A DNA stretch of 32,000 nucleotides from Pseudomonas aeruginosa (lineage in GTDB: Bacteria > Pseudomonadota > Gammaproteobacteria > Pseudomonadales > Pseudomonadaceae). Positions 7,617 to 18,796 of this stretch are shown piece by piece. The stretch's first letter is position 1. Every line of letters starts with the position of its first letter. Below the pieces are notes generated by a model. It was not told the DNA's origin, did no database searches, and saw only the letters and a program-made list of their open reading frames with translations. The stretch covers positions 3,000,001 to 3,032,000 of the forward strand of contig NZ_LN831024.1 in assembly GCF_001457615.1 (NCBI RefSeq), in the 5' to 3' direction. A program made the position numbers and the translations under genes.

Positions 7617-8435
7617 ATGTCCGAGCACCTGGGCGCCAATCTCAAGCTGCTTTGCAGCCATTACCGCTCGATTTCCGAGGTTTGCCGGCAATTGGCGATC
7701 AATCGCGCGCAGTTCAACAAGTACCTCAGCGGCCAGAGCCAGCCGACGCCCTACAACCGCAAGCGGATAGGCGACTTCTTCGGCGTCGAGGACTACGAGC
7801 TGGGCTTGCCGCCCGAGCAGTTCGCCCGCCTGATCGGCGCCCGTGCCAGCGCCCAGCCGCGCCAGTCCAGCAACGACCCGCTGTTGCGGCTGCTGCAACC
7901 GCTGCGCGCCGAGGCCGGCGACCTGAGCCGCTACTGCGGCTACTACTTCGAATATGCCAACTGCATGTCGGTGCCGGGCAGCATCCTGCTCTCCCTGGTG
8001 CATCTCTACGAGGAAGACGGGGTGTTCCTCTTCGAGCGCCAGGAACGCCAGGAGCGCACCAGCAGTACCGACGTGCAGGCGGAGGAGTGGGCGCGCTGCC
8101 GCTACCTCGGCGCGGCCTTCCAGTTGCAGGACCGGGTGTTCCTGATCGACTACGAGTCGCTGACCCTCAACGAGATGAGCCAGACCATCCTCATTCCCAG
8201 TTTCAAGAGCCGTATCACCCGCCTGAACGGCCTGAAGATGGGCGTTTCCAGCGGTGACCGGCGGACCCCGGCATGCAGCCGGGTGGTCTGGGAGTACCTC
8301 GGTGCGGAAATCAACCGGATCAACGCCTACCGCCAGGTGCGCCTGTACCGCCCGGACGATCCGCGGATCGACGAGGATATTCGCCAGCGCCTGGCGGCGG
8401 GGAGCTTGCGGCATGGGTTGCTGGAGACGGAGTGA
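7617..8435 (+). CDS. Hypothetical protein: N-terminal XRE/Cro-type HTH plus uncharacterised C-terminal domain (272 aa)
   Basis: ATG 7617 has a GGAG RBS. The N-terminus LKLLCSHYRSISEVCRQLAINRAQFNKYLSGQSQP looks like an XRE HTH. I do not recognise the rest. It is divergent from the symporter gene. Confidence 0.7.
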   Translation: MSEHLGANLKLLCSHYRSISEVCRQLAINRAQFNKYLSGQSQPTPYNRKRIGDFFGVEDYELGLPPEQFARLIGARASAQPRQSSNDPLLRLLQPLRAEAGDLSRYCGYYFEYANCMSVPGSILLSLVHLYEEDGVFLFERQERQERTSSTDVQAEEWARCRYLGAAFQLQDRVFLIDYESLTLNEMSQTILIPSFKSRITRLNGLKMGVSSGDRRTPACSRVVWEYLGAEINRINAYRQVRLYRPDDPRIDEDIRQRLAAGSLRHGLLETE

Positions 8436-8492
8436 GGGGCGGGGGATCGCGCAGGGCGGTGAGACCTGCTGACGACCCGGTTCGCGGCCACG

Positions 8493-8522
8493 AAAAAAGC
8501 CCCTTGCCCGACGGGCAAGGGG
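8493..8522 (-). terminator. Rho-independent terminator of the bkd operon
   Basis: Perfect 10-bp arms CCCCTTGCCC (8500-8509) and GGGCAAGGGG (8513-8522), followed on the minus strand by T6 (A-run 8493-8498). It lies 44 nt downstream of the lpdV stop. Confidence 0.8.
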
Positions 8523-8566
8523 GTAATGTGCGCCGGTGGTTGGCCGGCTACCGAGGTTCGCGGGAA

Positions 8567-9961
<1,395 letters not shown>

Positions 9962-9964
9962 CGC

Positions 9965-11251
9965 TTACTCCAGGAACAGGGTGGCAGGATGTTCGAGCAG
10001 GCCGCGCACGGCCTGGATGAAGGCCGCCGCGTCCATCCCGTCGACCACCCGGTGGTCGAAGGAGGAGGAGAGGTTCATCATCTTGCGCACGACGATGTTG
10101 CCGCCGACCACCATCGGTCGCTCGACGATGCGGTTGACGCCGACGATGGCCACCTCCGGATGGTTGATCACCGGTGTGCTGACGATCCCGCCGAGCGCGC
10201 CGAGGCTGCTCAGGGTGATGGTCGAGCCGGACAGCTCCTGGCGTTGCGCCTTGCCGCTGCGTGCGGCTTCGGCCAGGCGCGCCACTTCGCTGGCGTTGCC
10301 CCAGAGGTCGCGCGATTCGGCGTGGCGCAGCACCGGCACCATCAGGCCGTTGTCGCTCTGGGTGGCGATGCCGACGTGCACCGCGCCGTAGCGGGTGACC
10401 ACCTCGGCCTCGTCGTCGTAGCGCGCGTTCAACTGCGGGAAGTCGCGCAGCGCCACGACCATGGCGCGGACCAGGAACGGCAGCAGGGTCAGCTTGCCGC
10501 GCTGGCCACCCCATTTCTGGTTGAGATGGGCGCGCAGGGCTTCCAGATCGGTGACGTCGATTTCCTCGACATAGCTGAAATGCGGGATGCGTCGCTTGGC
10601 GTCCTGCATCTTCTGGGCGATCTTGCGACGCAGGCCGATCACCGGCACCGCCTGTTCGTCGTGTCGCTCGGCATACCCCTGCGCGGCGGCGCCGCTGCGC
10701 GCGACGCTGCCATCCTGGGTCAGGTAGGCATCGAGGTCCTCGTGGAGGACGCGTCCGGCGGGACCGCTGCCCTGCACGAACTGCAACTCGATGCCCAGGT
10801 CGCGGGCGCGCTGGCGCACCGCGGGGGAGGCCAGCGGGCGTTCGCCGGGCTGGCGCCGCTGCCGTGGCGCCTCGCTGTCGCGCAAGGCGCGCGGCGCTTC
10901 GGCGGCGGCTTTCGGCGCCGCGACCGGGGCTTCCTTCGGTTTCTCCGGGGTGGCGGCGACGGGCGCGGCCGGCGTCGCCGCGGCCGGACTCTCGGCGAGG
11001 TTGCCGGCACCTTCCACCTCCAGGCGGATCAGTTCGCCGCCCACCGCCATCACCTGGCCCGGCTGGCCGCCGAGGGCGAGGATGCGTCCGGCCACCGGCG
11101 AGGGAATCTCCACCGTGGCCTTGTCGGTCATCACCTCGGCGAGGACCTGGTCTTCATTGACCGAGTCGCCGACCTGGACATGCCACTCCACCAGTTCGAC
11201 CTCGGCGATGCCTTCCCCGATGTCCGGCATCTTGATCACATGGGTACCCAT
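9965..11251 (-). CDS. bkdB: Lipoamide acyltransferase (E2) of branched-chain keto-acid dehydrogenase, 428 aa
   Basis: Lipoyl domain ...VMTDKATVEIPSP, an Ala/Pro linker, and the catalytic SSFDHRVVDG motif. The ATG directly abuts the bkdA2 stop (TGAATG). Confidence 0.95.
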   Translation of the reverse strand: MGTHVIKMPDIGEGIAEVELVEWHVQVGDSVNEDQVLAEVMTDKATVEIPSPVAGRILALGGQPGQVMAVGGELIRLEVEGAGNLAESPAAATPAAPVAATPEKPKEAPVAAPKAAAEAPRALRDSEAPRQRRQPGERPLASPAVRQRARDLGIELQFVQGSGPAGRVLHEDLDAYLTQDGSVARSGAAAQGYAERHDEQAVPVIGLRRKIAQKMQDAKRRIPHFSYVEEIDVTDLEALRAHLNQKWGGQRGKLTLLPFLVRAMVVALRDFPQLNARYDDEAEVVTRYGAVHVGIATQSDNGLMVPVLRHAESRDLWGNASEVARLAEAARSGKAQRQELSGSTITLSSLGALGGIVSTPVINHPEVAIVGVNRIVERPMVVGGNIVVRKMMNLSSSFDHRVVDGMDAAAFIQAVRGLLEHPATLFLE

Positions 11252-13842
<2,591 letters not shown>

Positions 13843-14304
13843 ATGGCTGAACTCGACCGCATCGACCTGAAAATCCTCCGTGCCCTGGCCGACGACGGCC
13901 GCCTGAGCTGGCGCGATCTCGCCCAGAAGGTCGGCCTGTCGCTGACGCCGACGCTGCGCCGGGTACGCCGCCTGGAAGAGGAACACTACATCCAGGGCTA
14001 CTTCGCCCGGCTCGACGAGGAGCGCCTGTCCGGGGCGATGAGCGTGTTCGTCTCGGTGTCCCTGGAAAAGCAGACCGGCGACTACCTCGCTCGCTTCGAG
14101 GAACGCATCGTCGATGCGCCACAGGTCATGAGCTGTTTCCAGATGACCGGCGATGCGGACTACATGCTGCGGGTTGTGGTCAAGGATCTCGCCGCCTACC
14201 AGGCGTTCCTCACCAATACCCTGACCTGCATTCCCGGCGTGGCTGGCATCAAGTCGGCCTTCGCGCTGAAGTCGGTGATGCTGCGCTCGGCCCCGCCGCT
14301 CTAA
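13843..14304 (+). CDS. bkdR: Lrp/AsnC-family transcriptional activator of the bkd operon, 153 aa
   Basis: MAELDRIDLKILRALADDGRLSWRDLAQKVGLSLTPTLRRVRRLEEE... is a classic AsnC HTH followed by a RAM domain. It is divergent from bkdA1. Confidence 0.93.
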   Translation: MAELDRIDLKILRALADDGRLSWRDLAQKVGLSLTPTLRRVRRLEEEHYIQGYFARLDEERLSGAMSVFVSVSLEKQTGDYLARFEERIVDAPQVMSCFQMTGDADYMLRVVVKDLAAYQAFLTNTLTCIPGVAGIKSAFALKSVMLRSAPPL

Positions 14305-14322
14305 GCATAGACCCTGTCTATC

Positions 14323-14362
14323 TGCGTAACGTTACGCTATTCTGATTGCGTAACGTTACGCA
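14323..14362 (+). promoter_or_regulatory. Twin operator-like palindromes (two copies of TGCGTAACGTTACGC, 24 bp apart)
   Basis: GCGTAACGTTACGC at 14324-14337 and 14348-14361 are each perfect 14-bp palindromes. The second extends to a 16-bp perfect palindrome (14347-14362). They lie between the bkdR stop (14304) and the GGAGG RBS (14366-14370) of the small ORF. Confidence 0.6.
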
Positions 14363-14375
14363 GATGGAGGCGTTC

Positions 14376-14669
14376 ATGAAAGCCAGCAAACCCGGGCCCA
14401 AGCCGAGCGGCAAGGCCAAGTCGGCCGCCCAGCGGATGCGCGAATACCGCGCGCGCAAGGCCGAAGAGGCCCTCGGCGCCGAGCATTCCGACAAGGAGCG
14501 CGAGCGGCAGATCCGCCGTGAGGCGCGCGCCGAACTCGAACGCGTGAAGCTGGAGCAGCAGCGCCGCGAACACACCCTGCGCAAGGAACTGGAAGCCTGC
14601 CAGACCGAGATTGGCCGCCTGCTCGGCCTGCTGCGCCGGCACGGCATCGATCCGCACCCGGGCAACTGA
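14376..14669 (+). CDS. Small basic protein with predicted coiled coil, 97 aa, unknown function (occupies the pslO position)
   Basis: ATG 14376 is preceded by GGAGG 5 nt upstream. GC at codon position 3 is about 87% by hand count, against about 76% for the fully overlapping antisense ORF. Product: MKASKPGPKPSGKAKSAAQRMREYRARKAEE...LRKELEACQTEIGRLLGLLRRHG. Confidence 0.55.
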   Translation: MKASKPGPKPSGKAKSAAQRMREYRARKAEEALGAEHSDKERERQIRREARAELERVKLEQQRREHTLRKELEACQTEIGRLLGLLRRHGIDPHPGN

Positions 14670-15671
14670 TCAGCCGGGCGTGTCGAGGAAGGCCAGCAGG
14701 GTCGCTTCCTCGGCACTCAGCCAGCGGCGCTTGCGGGCGCGCCTGAGCTGGCCCAGTTGCCCGGCCTGGTAGGCCTCGATGATCGCCGGGTGGATGTAGC
14801 ATTGCCGGCAGATCGCCACGCTGTTGCCCAATTCGGCGGCGACCTCCGCCACCACCGCGCCAAGCCCGTCGGCTTCGGCACGCCGCAGGCGCTCCAGCGC
14901 CAGCGCGCTGCCGGCCCAGGTACGGTAGTCCTTGGCGCTGAAATCCTCGCCGGTATGCCGGCGCAGGTACTCGTTGATGTCGTGGGAGCCGATGCGGTGC
15001 GGCTGGCCGTCCTCGTCCAGGTACTGCAACAGGTCCTGGCCGGGCAATTCCAGGCAGCGCCGCAGCACCCGCGCCAGGCGCGGATGCTCCAGGCTGACGT
15101 CGTGCTCGATGCCGCTCTTGCCCTTGAAGCGGAACCGGATGCGACTGCCGTTCACGTCCACGTGCCGGGTACGCAGGGTGGTCAGGCCGTAGGAGCGGTT
15201 GTCGCGGGCGTAGCGGTGGTTGCCGACGCGGATCAGGGTGGCGTCGAGCAGCGCAACCGCCAGGGCCACCACCTTGTCGCGACCGAGGCCGGGCAGGCGC
15301 AACTGGGCGTCGATGTGCCGGCGCAGCCCCGGCAGCGCCTGGCCGAAGCGCAGCAGGCGCTCGTACTTGTCGGCATCGCGTACCTCGCGCCAGCGCGGGT
15401 GGTAGCGGTACTGCTTGCGCCCACGGGCGTCGCGGCCGGTGGCCTGGAGATGGCCGTTGGGGTCGGGACAGATCCAGACCTCGCGATAGGCCGGCGGAAT
15501 GGCCAGCTTGTCCAGCCGGCGGATCTCCTCGGCGTCGCCGATGCGCTGGCCGTCGGCATCGAAATAGACGAAGCGCTTGCCCTGCCGGCGTCGACGGATG
15601 CCCGGCTGGCGGTCGTCGACGTAGCAGAGGCCGGCGGGCAGGGCGGGGATATCCGGTGGCGCTGCGCTCAT
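14670..15671 (-). CDS. pslN: Type IB DNA topoisomerase (poxvirus-like bacterial TopIB), 333 aa
   Basis: The YRYHPRWRE... region, and LGNSVAICRQCYIHP placing Asn nine residues before Tyr as in bacterial TopIB active sites. Symbol is by position only (between pslM and bkdR). Confidence 0.85.
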   Translation of the reverse strand: MSAAPPDIPALPAGLCYVDDRQPGIRRRRQGKRFVYFDADGQRIGDAEEIRRLDKLAIPPAYREVWICPDPNGHLQATGRDARGRKQYRYHPRWREVRDADKYERLLRFGQALPGLRRHIDAQLRLPGLGRDKVVALAVALLDATLIRVGNHRYARDNRSYGLTTLRTRHVDVNGSRIRFRFKGKSGIEHDVSLEHPRLARVLRRCLELPGQDLLQYLDEDGQPHRIGSHDINEYLRRHTGEDFSAKDYRTWAGSALALERLRRAEADGLGAVVAEVAAELGNSVAICRQCYIHPAIIEAYQAGQLGQLRRARKRRWLSAEEATLLAFLDTPG

Positions 15672-15726
15672 GCTTGGGTTCCGAAGGAAAGCTTGCCTGT
15701 TTAGGCCGCTGCGCCCGCTGGAACGT

Positions 15727-17460
15727 TCAACCGCGCTGCGCTTGCTCCTGCTCGTAGCCGAGGGCGCCGGCGATATGGCGGCCGGCGATGTAGCCGAAGG
15801 TCAGCGCCGGCCCCAGGTTGATGCCGCCGGAGGGATAGTGGCCGGCGAACAGGCTCGCCATGTCCGCGCCCGCCGCGTACAGGCCGGGGATCGGCTGCCC
15901 GCCGCCGTCCAGCACGCGGGCCTGGGCGTCGGTCTTCAGCCCGGCGAAGGTGCCGAAGCAGCCGGGCTCGACCTGCACCGCGTAGTACGGTCCGCGTTCG
16001 ATGGGGGCGACGCAGGGATTCGGCCCCGGATACGCCGGGTCGCCCTGCTTGCGGTTGAATGCCGTGCCGCCGCGGCCGAACTCTGGGTCGCGGCCCTCGC
16101 GGGCGTGGCGGTTGTATTCGGCGACGGTGGCGGCCAGGCCGGACGGGTCGATGCCGCAGCTCCTTGCCAACTGATCCAGGCTGGTCCCGCGCTTGAGATA
16201 GCCGCTGCGCAGGTGCGCGGCGATCGGCAGCGGCGCCGGACGCACGTAGCCGAGGCCGTAGCGACGCAGGAAGCGCCGGTCGCAGACCAGCCAGGAGCGT
16301 GCCGGCTGCCCGGGCGGGGTGGCCTCGAGCAGGGCGGCGACATAGTCGTGGTAACCGTGCGCCTCATTGACGAAGCGCCTGCCGTTGGCCAGCACGCCGA
16401 TCAGCCCGGGCTTGCCGCGCTCAATGATGTGCGGGAAGTGCCCGGTCTCGCCATCGCCGTGGGGAACTCGCGAGACCGGCGCCCAGGCGATCGGCGAGCG
16501 CAGGTCGTCGGCCACCCGGCCGCCGGCGCTTTCCCCCAGGCGCAAGCCGTCGCCGTTGCAGCCCGGCGGCGGCAGCGGCAGCAGGGTGTCCAGGGTGGGG
16601 GCCAGCTCGGCGCGGCGCTGCGGATCATGGGGAAAGCCGCCGCAGGCCAGGACCACGGCGCCTGCCTCGATGCGCAGGAGTCCCTCGGCGCTCTCGACCA
16701 GCGCGCCGACCACCTTGCCGTCACGCAGCAGCAGTTCGCGGGCTGGCGCCGATTCGATCAGGCGCACACCCAGGGCTTCGGCGGACTTGGCCAGGCGCGC
16801 TACCAGGGCCACGCCATTGACCAGGTGCATGGCGCGACCGTAGCGCAGCAGGTGCCAGAGGTGGCTGGAAAAGCGCCGGGCGACATGCAGGAAGGCCGGC
16901 AGCGAGCGGGTCAGGTCGAGGAAGGCGGCGAGGTCGGCGCCGGCCATGATCGGCATGCCCATGAACGAGGTCTCCCGCAGGGTCTTGCGCAGGCGCGGCA
17001 GCAGCGGGCCCAGTTGCCGTGCGTCATAGGGCGCGGCGACCAACTGGTGGCCGCCCTCGGCGGCGCCCGGCGTGTCGCCATGCATGTCCGGGATGCCGTT
17101 GCCGTCGACGAACCGCAGGTGGGTGTGGCGCTCGAAGAAGGCCACCATGTGCGGGCAGGCTTCGAGGAAGGCGTCGATCCGCGCGGCGTCGTAACGCTCG
17201 CCCAGTTCGTGGCGCAGGTAGGTACGCGGTTGCTCGATGTCCTCCTCGATACCGGCGCGACGCGCCAGCGGGTTGCGCGGCAACCAGGCCCAGCCGCCGG
17301 ACCAGGCGCTGGCGCCGCCGAACACCGGGTCCTTCTCCACCAGGACTACCCGGCGCCCGTGCCAGGCCGCGGTCACCGCCGCCGCCAGCCCGGCGGCGCC
17401 GGAGCCGACGACCAGCACGTCACAGGTTAGCGGGGTGGTCTCGACGGCCGCAGAGGTCAT
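15727..17460 (-). CDS. pslM: FAD-dependent oxidoreductase (fumarate reductase / KstD-like flavoprotein), 577 aa
   Basis: Start taken at ATG 17458-17460 (MTSAAVETTPL...) behind a GGGAGAAG RBS. Rossmann motif DVLVVGSGAAGLAAA and a C-terminal ...GLYAAGADMAS motif. Confidence 0.85.
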   Translation of the reverse strand: MTSAAVETTPLTCDVLVVGSGAAGLAAAVTAAWHGRRVVLVEKDPVFGGASAWSGGWAWLPRNPLARRAGIEEDIEQPRTYLRHELGERYDAARIDAFLEACPHMVAFFERHTHLRFVDGNGIPDMHGDTPGAAEGGHQLVAAPYDARQLGPLLPRLRKTLRETSFMGMPIMAGADLAAFLDLTRSLPAFLHVARRFSSHLWHLLRYGRAMHLVNGVALVARLAKSAEALGVRLIESAPARELLLRDGKVVGALVESAEGLLRIEAGAVVLACGGFPHDPQRRAELAPTLDTLLPLPPPGCNGDGLRLGESAGGRVADDLRSPIAWAPVSRVPHGDGETGHFPHIIERGKPGLIGVLANGRRFVNEAHGYHDYVAALLEATPPGQPARSWLVCDRRFLRRYGLGYVRPAPLPIAAHLRSGYLKRGTSLDQLARSCGIDPSGLAATVAEYNRHAREGRDPEFGRGGTAFNRKQGDPAYPGPNPCVAPIERGPYYAVQVEPGCFGTFAGLKTDAQARVLDGGGQPIPGLYAAGADMASLFAGHYPSGGINLGPALTFGYIAGRHIAGALGYEQEQAQRG

Positions 17461-17499
17461 GGCTTCTCCCTTTTTCAATATTTCGGAACGATGTTCCAT

Positions 17500-17528
17500 A
17501 TTCTAGGGAGGCAATGCCCGCGTACCAA
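17500..17528 (-). promoter_or_regulatory. Candidate sigma70 promoter for pslM (TTGGTA-N17-TAGAAT)
   Basis: On the minus strand, -35 TTGGTA is the complement of 17523-17528 and -10 TAGAAT is the complement of 17500-17505, with a 17-nt spacer. This is about 40 nt upstream of the pslM ATG, inside the only AT-rich patch of this intergenic region. Confidence 0.45.
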
Positions 17529-17615
17529 CCCGCTCAGCGAAAGGAGCGGGCGATCATCGGCCAGGTCGAAGCGAGGTCGGCCGCCCGTTAGGGAAAAGGG
17601 AGACGGGAGGGGAAA

Positions 17616-17639
17616 GGCCCGGCGCAGGCGCACCGGGCC
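17616..17639 (-). terminator. Candidate terminator hairpin after pslL
   Basis: GGCCCGG (17616-17622) pairs with CCGGGCC (17633-17639) around a 10-nt loop, 7 nt after the pslL stop. It is followed on the minus strand by the pyrimidine tract TTTCCCCTCCCGTCTCCCTTTTCCC, a weak U-tract. Confidence 0.35.
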
Positions 17640-17646
17640 GAGGGCG

Positions 17647-18714
17647 TCAGCGCGCTTCGCCGCCGCCCTGGACCGCGGCGGTCTTCTTGCGCACCGGGAA
17701 GGGAAAGTAGAGGGCGCGCAGCAGCGCGACGCGCTTGATCACTTCGCCGATCAGCAGCGAGACGATCACCGAGATCACCAGGGCGACGCTGGCAGCGGCC
17801 GGTTCCGACAGACCCAGGTGGACCAGCAGGTTGAAGGTCTTGTGCTGGATCTCGCCGTGGAAGATCAGCAGGATCAGGGTCGACTGGCCGATGTAGGTCA
17901 TCGCCTTGCCCAGCCAGTCGATCTTCATCATCAGCCCGGACAGCGCCCAGCACAGGTAGACGCCGCTCACTGCCTGGACGGTGGCCCAGAACCAGTGGTC
18001 GTAGCGGCGCTGCGCCATGTCCACCACCGTCGGGTAGTAGAGGAAGCTGGCGGTGGTCACGGCAAGGGCGATGCACAGGGTCAGCAACGAACTCTGGTGG
18101 CGACGCAGGACGTCGCGCAGGACATAGCCGAACATGAAGTGGGCGCTGCTGATCAGGGTGATGTCCAGGCTGAACGGCAGGCCCGGCAGCAGGTACTGTT
18201 CGCCGCCGAACTCCACCGGGATCTGCCAGAACGTCTTGAGGAACAGGATGCCCAGGCCCAGTTGCACGGCCAGCAGCACGCAACTGGCGGCGAGGGACAG
18301 GCCGAGACGCTGGATGACGCGCAGCATGAACCAGGCGAACAGGGTCGCTACCCAGAAGTGCGGCAGGTACCAGAGCGCCTGCCAGGGCAGGGTGTCGACC
18401 GAGGCGTACAGCACTCCGCCGATGTCCGGCAGCAGCGGCTGGCCGCGCAGCAGGTCGCGGAGGATGACGTAGCCGAGCATGGTCACGAAGAACGGCTTGA
18501 GGAGGGCGTCGGCCTTGCGCAGGGCCATCTCGCCGAAGGGTTGCTCGGTCCTGAAGAACACCCCGGAAATGAAGAAGAACAGTGGCAGGATGAACGGAGA
18601 GAGCAACGGATAGAGCACGGTCGGCGAACTGGCGACGAACCAGCTGTGCCCAAAGACGATGATCAGGATGCCCACGCCGCGGGTCACATCCATCTGAATC
18701 CAGCGTTTTTTCAC
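17647..18714 (-). CDS. pslL: Membrane acyltransferase (acyltransferase-3 family), 355 aa
   Basis: Multi-TM ORF with the N-terminal DVTRGVGILIIVFGH motif typical of the family. The start codon is GTG (complement of 18712-18714) with GGGAG 7 nt upstream. An alternative ATG is at 18693. Confidence 0.85.
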   Translation of the reverse strand: MKKRWIQMDVTRGVGILIIVFGHSWFVASSPTVLYPLLSPFILPLFFFISGVFFRTEQPFGEMALRKADALLKPFFVTMLGYVILRDLLRGQPLLPDIGGVLYASVDTLPWQALWYLPHFWVATLFAWFMLRVIQRLGLSLAASCVLLAVQLGLGILFLKTFWQIPVEFGGEQYLLPGLPFSLDITLISSAHFMFGYVLRDVLRRHQSSLLTLCIALAVTTASFLYYPTVVDMAQRRYDHWFWATVQAVSGVYLCWALSGLMMKIDWLGKAMTYIGQSTLILLIFHGEIQHKTFNLLVHLGLSEPAAASVALVISVIVSLLIGEVIKRVALLRALYFPFPVRKKTAAVQGGGEAR

Positions 18715-18796
18715 TTTGCAACTCCCGCTTGACGCGCTAACTCACAGTGGTTGTTCGAAGGCCCCCAGGGCCAGGCTCCCTACCCGGAGCCATGGG

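Noticed and set aside
14337-14657. 106-aa minus-strand ORF, plus 14318..14716 and 14374..14802, co-directional with psl and overlapping the small plus-strand ORF.
   Set aside because: Third-position GC is lower than in the plus frame by hand count, and there is no RBS. The product is hydrophobic and low-complexity, and two of these ORFs run into the TopIB coding region. This is kept as an explicit alternative in the findings because I cannot settle it without expression data.
17485-17497. GGAAC-GAT-GTTCC inverted repeat just downstream of the putative pslM -10.
   Set aside because: The arms are only 5 bp and the flanks do not extend the symmetry, so it is within chance expectation. It is noted only as part of the promoter region.
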